The position numbers were made by a program, and so were the translations under genes. The notes below the pieces were generated by a model, which was not told the DNA's origin, ran no database searches, and saw only the letters and a list, made by a program, of their open reading frames with translations. Source: Lobosporangium transversale (taxonomy: Eukaryota). Taken from it: a DNA stretch of 35,780 bases. The stretch covers positions 496,001 through 531,780 of the forward strand of contig NW_019029006.1 of NCBI RefSeq assembly GCF_002105155.1. The letters are read 5' to 3'. Shown here piece by piece: positions 33,577 through 35,780 of the stretch (its first letter is position 1; each line of letters begins with the position of its first letter).

Positions 33577-34915
33577 GCATTGTCGCTGGCCGCAAACGTG
33601 ATCCCTCTGTTCAAGCAGATTGGTATCTATGACGAGCTTATTAGCCTTGGAAAGACCTTCCATTCGATTGATCAATACAATGAGGATCGTAAAAGAGAGT
33701 ACTCAATGGATTTCAGGGCAGCAGCCAATTTGTAAGTAATTCATAGTTGTTTCAAGAAAGCAAGATGTAATTACGATACATGTATGCTATGTACAACCTC
33801 AGCTATTCAACGACCATTCTTTTGTCTTTTTTTTTTTTTTTTTTTTTTTTCATTCAGAGGAGGATTTGCGCCTCGTATCGTTTCTCGCTCTGTCTTTCAC
33901 AACTTATTATTTCGACAGGTCCCGTCTAGCAAGATTTTTCTAGGGAAGCAAGTCCTGTCCATAAAGCAAAGCTTAGAGAATGGTGTCCAAATCCAATTCT
34001 CAGACAAGACAATTGCAGAGGGCGATATTCTTGTCGGAGCTGATGGTGCTTATAGTACGGTCCGACAAAGCCTTTATGAATCATTAAAGAATGAGGGTCA
34101 GCTACCAGCCTCTGATGATGGTGCTTTACCATTCAGCTGTATTTGTCTTGTCGGACAGACCAAGCCAATGGATCCTGAAATGTATCCTGAGCTCACCGAC
34201 CCCATCTGTCATTTCAAATCAGTCATTGGGGACAACAAACCATACTCTGTAAGTAAACTGGAATGAAGTGAAAAAAATATATCTTTGGTGGATCTATGCA
34301 AGTCATCTTTATAAACTAGCACCAACCATTCATCCTTCTCTTTTATTTGTGGATACAAGTGGGGATGTATGACAGCCAAAGGTAATATATTCTGTTGGAG
34401 TGTGATTCAGTACCTGGACAGTGAAAGCTCCAAGGGCCACGATAGTTTCCAAAACTCAGAATGGGGTCCTGAAGCTGCAATTGCAATGTGCCAAGAGGTC
34501 CGAGACTTCCCATTGCCCGGAGGCAAGAACAATGATATGACCATTGGAGATCTTATTGATAACACGCCGTTGGTCACTAAGGTTATGTTGGAAGAAAAGG
34601 TTTTTGACACATGGTACTCAGGAAGGACGGTCCTGATTGGTGATGGTAATGCCACCAATTTTATATACAGTATAATGGTTGATATATGTTTATGAATTCT
34701 CCGCAATGTTTGATTACTGCTGTGCTTTTTCTCATACTCTTTTCTACGCTCTTTTATTGAAATGCATTTGTTTATATGAGCAGCTTGTCACAAGGTAACC
34801 TTGTTAAATGAACAAAAGAAGAGCATGGGCAATGAAAACTGTTGACCGTCCGGTCTTTTTCATTTTAACGCCCTGAATGATTGCGGAGTATACAACGGAA
34901 CAATATTTACTAACG

Positions 34916-34948
<33 letters not shown>

Positions 34949-35512
34949 ACTCTTTTTTTCTTTCAGGTTCATCCAGCTGGTGGCGCTGGCGCTATGAATG
35001 CGATCCAGGATGCCGTGGCATTAGCAAACTGGATCAGTGTACTGGATTCAACAGAAGTTAATGAAATGGTAGACGCGTTCAAGGAATATAAAGCAGAGCG
35101 CTACCCAGTTATCAAGGCCGCCTTTGAGCATGGACGAACACTTTCCACGCTAGCAGCAACGGTAATGTGATCATTGTGCAATCATGCAAATATGCAATTC
35201 GCAATAGTTTTCGAAGAAACAAAAAAGACGTAGAGGAAGCATGCATTTATAAGGCTTTGCTTTTATTGAAAAATACAGGATCTTAAGGCTAGGATTATTC
35301 GCTACCTCACTAAAAATATGCCGACCTGGCTATGGAATATTTTGGTTAAGCGCATGTTGGAGTCACGTCCTCAAGTCTCGTTCTTGCCTTTGGTAGAGGA
35401 TAAAGGAACTGTACCACCCATATATCAGCCAAGCCTTCAAAAGACATTGGCGATTAGGAAGGCTAGAGAAGCTGCAGAAGAAGAAGAACCGACTACAGTT
35501 AAAGCCCTCTAG
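33262..35512 (+). CDS. FAD-dependent monooxygenase (group A), paralog 2, 476 aa; join(33262..33415,33572..33731,33858..34248,34360..34645,34784..34794,34967..35161,35279..35512)
   Basis: VLIVGAGIAG and LVGADGAYSTVR motifs. LIGD|ACHK|VHPAGGAG is rebuilt through an 11-nt exon. All junctions are GT-AG and in phase. Confidence 0.92.
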
Positions 35513-35780
35513 TAGTGGTAGGAAAGATATTGAAATAGAATAAAATAGACGACAGTTAAAACTGAAGGGAAAGAAACGAGAAATCACGAATATATCTCTT
35601 TTGGGCTCGAGAAATGTGAACCGTTGTATTATACAGTTATTCCTAAAGCTTCACAATAAGAAAGTCTCAAGACCTCTTAAACTACCTTGATGTTCATCTT
35701 CGTCGATGATTGATGTTCTAGCAAGCCTTCTCTTCTTTAAGAGTCTTGCCATATTTATAACGGTGGATTATCTTTGTGGC

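Noticed and set aside
19995..35512. Idea that the Nudix, ERG27 and monooxygenase genes form a biosynthetic cluster
   Set aside because: No backbone synthase, transporter or pathway regulator, and housekeeping genes (SCOC, FUN30) lie in between.
35718..35780. Open minus-strand frame at the window edge (ATKIIHRYKYGKTLKEEKAC*)
   Set aside because: Only ~20 codons are visible. It may be the end of the next gene but cannot be supported from this window.

Overview
Eukaryotic, intron-containing, AT-rich fungal DNA with many long A/T homopolymers. The gene content and style suggest Mortierellaceae (Mucoromycota s.l.); this is an inference. I reconstructed 11 protein-coding genes by hand from GT-AG junctions, checking phase at each junction. 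In order: two intronless tandem paralogs of an uncharacterised family (the second carries a coding 24-bp minisatellite); a secreted proteinase K-type subtilisin; a ~2432-aa PH-domain/coiled-coil protein; a 160-aa probable mitochondrial single-pass membrane protein; an MTH1/NUDT1-like Nudix hydrolase; ERG27; a SCOC/Slo1 short coiled-coil protein; a FUN30/SMARCAD1 remodeller; and two tandem FAD-dependent monooxygenases. The mitochondrial and SCOC genes are absent from the ORF track. The main non-coding signal is a 494-bp MITE-like element with perfect 20-bp terminal inverted repeats, nested terminal hairpins and five subterminal motifs. It fills the divergent promoter just upstream of the Nudix gene, whose MTH1 base-recognition residues are substituted. 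Other notable points: 6 of 23 predicted introns use AAG acceptors, some preceded by pure poly(A); an 11-nt micro-exon lies in a monooxygenase GD motif; a poly(A) leader is fused to an ATG; and there is a possible Helitron 3' end. I found no rRNA, intact tRNA or CRISPR array.
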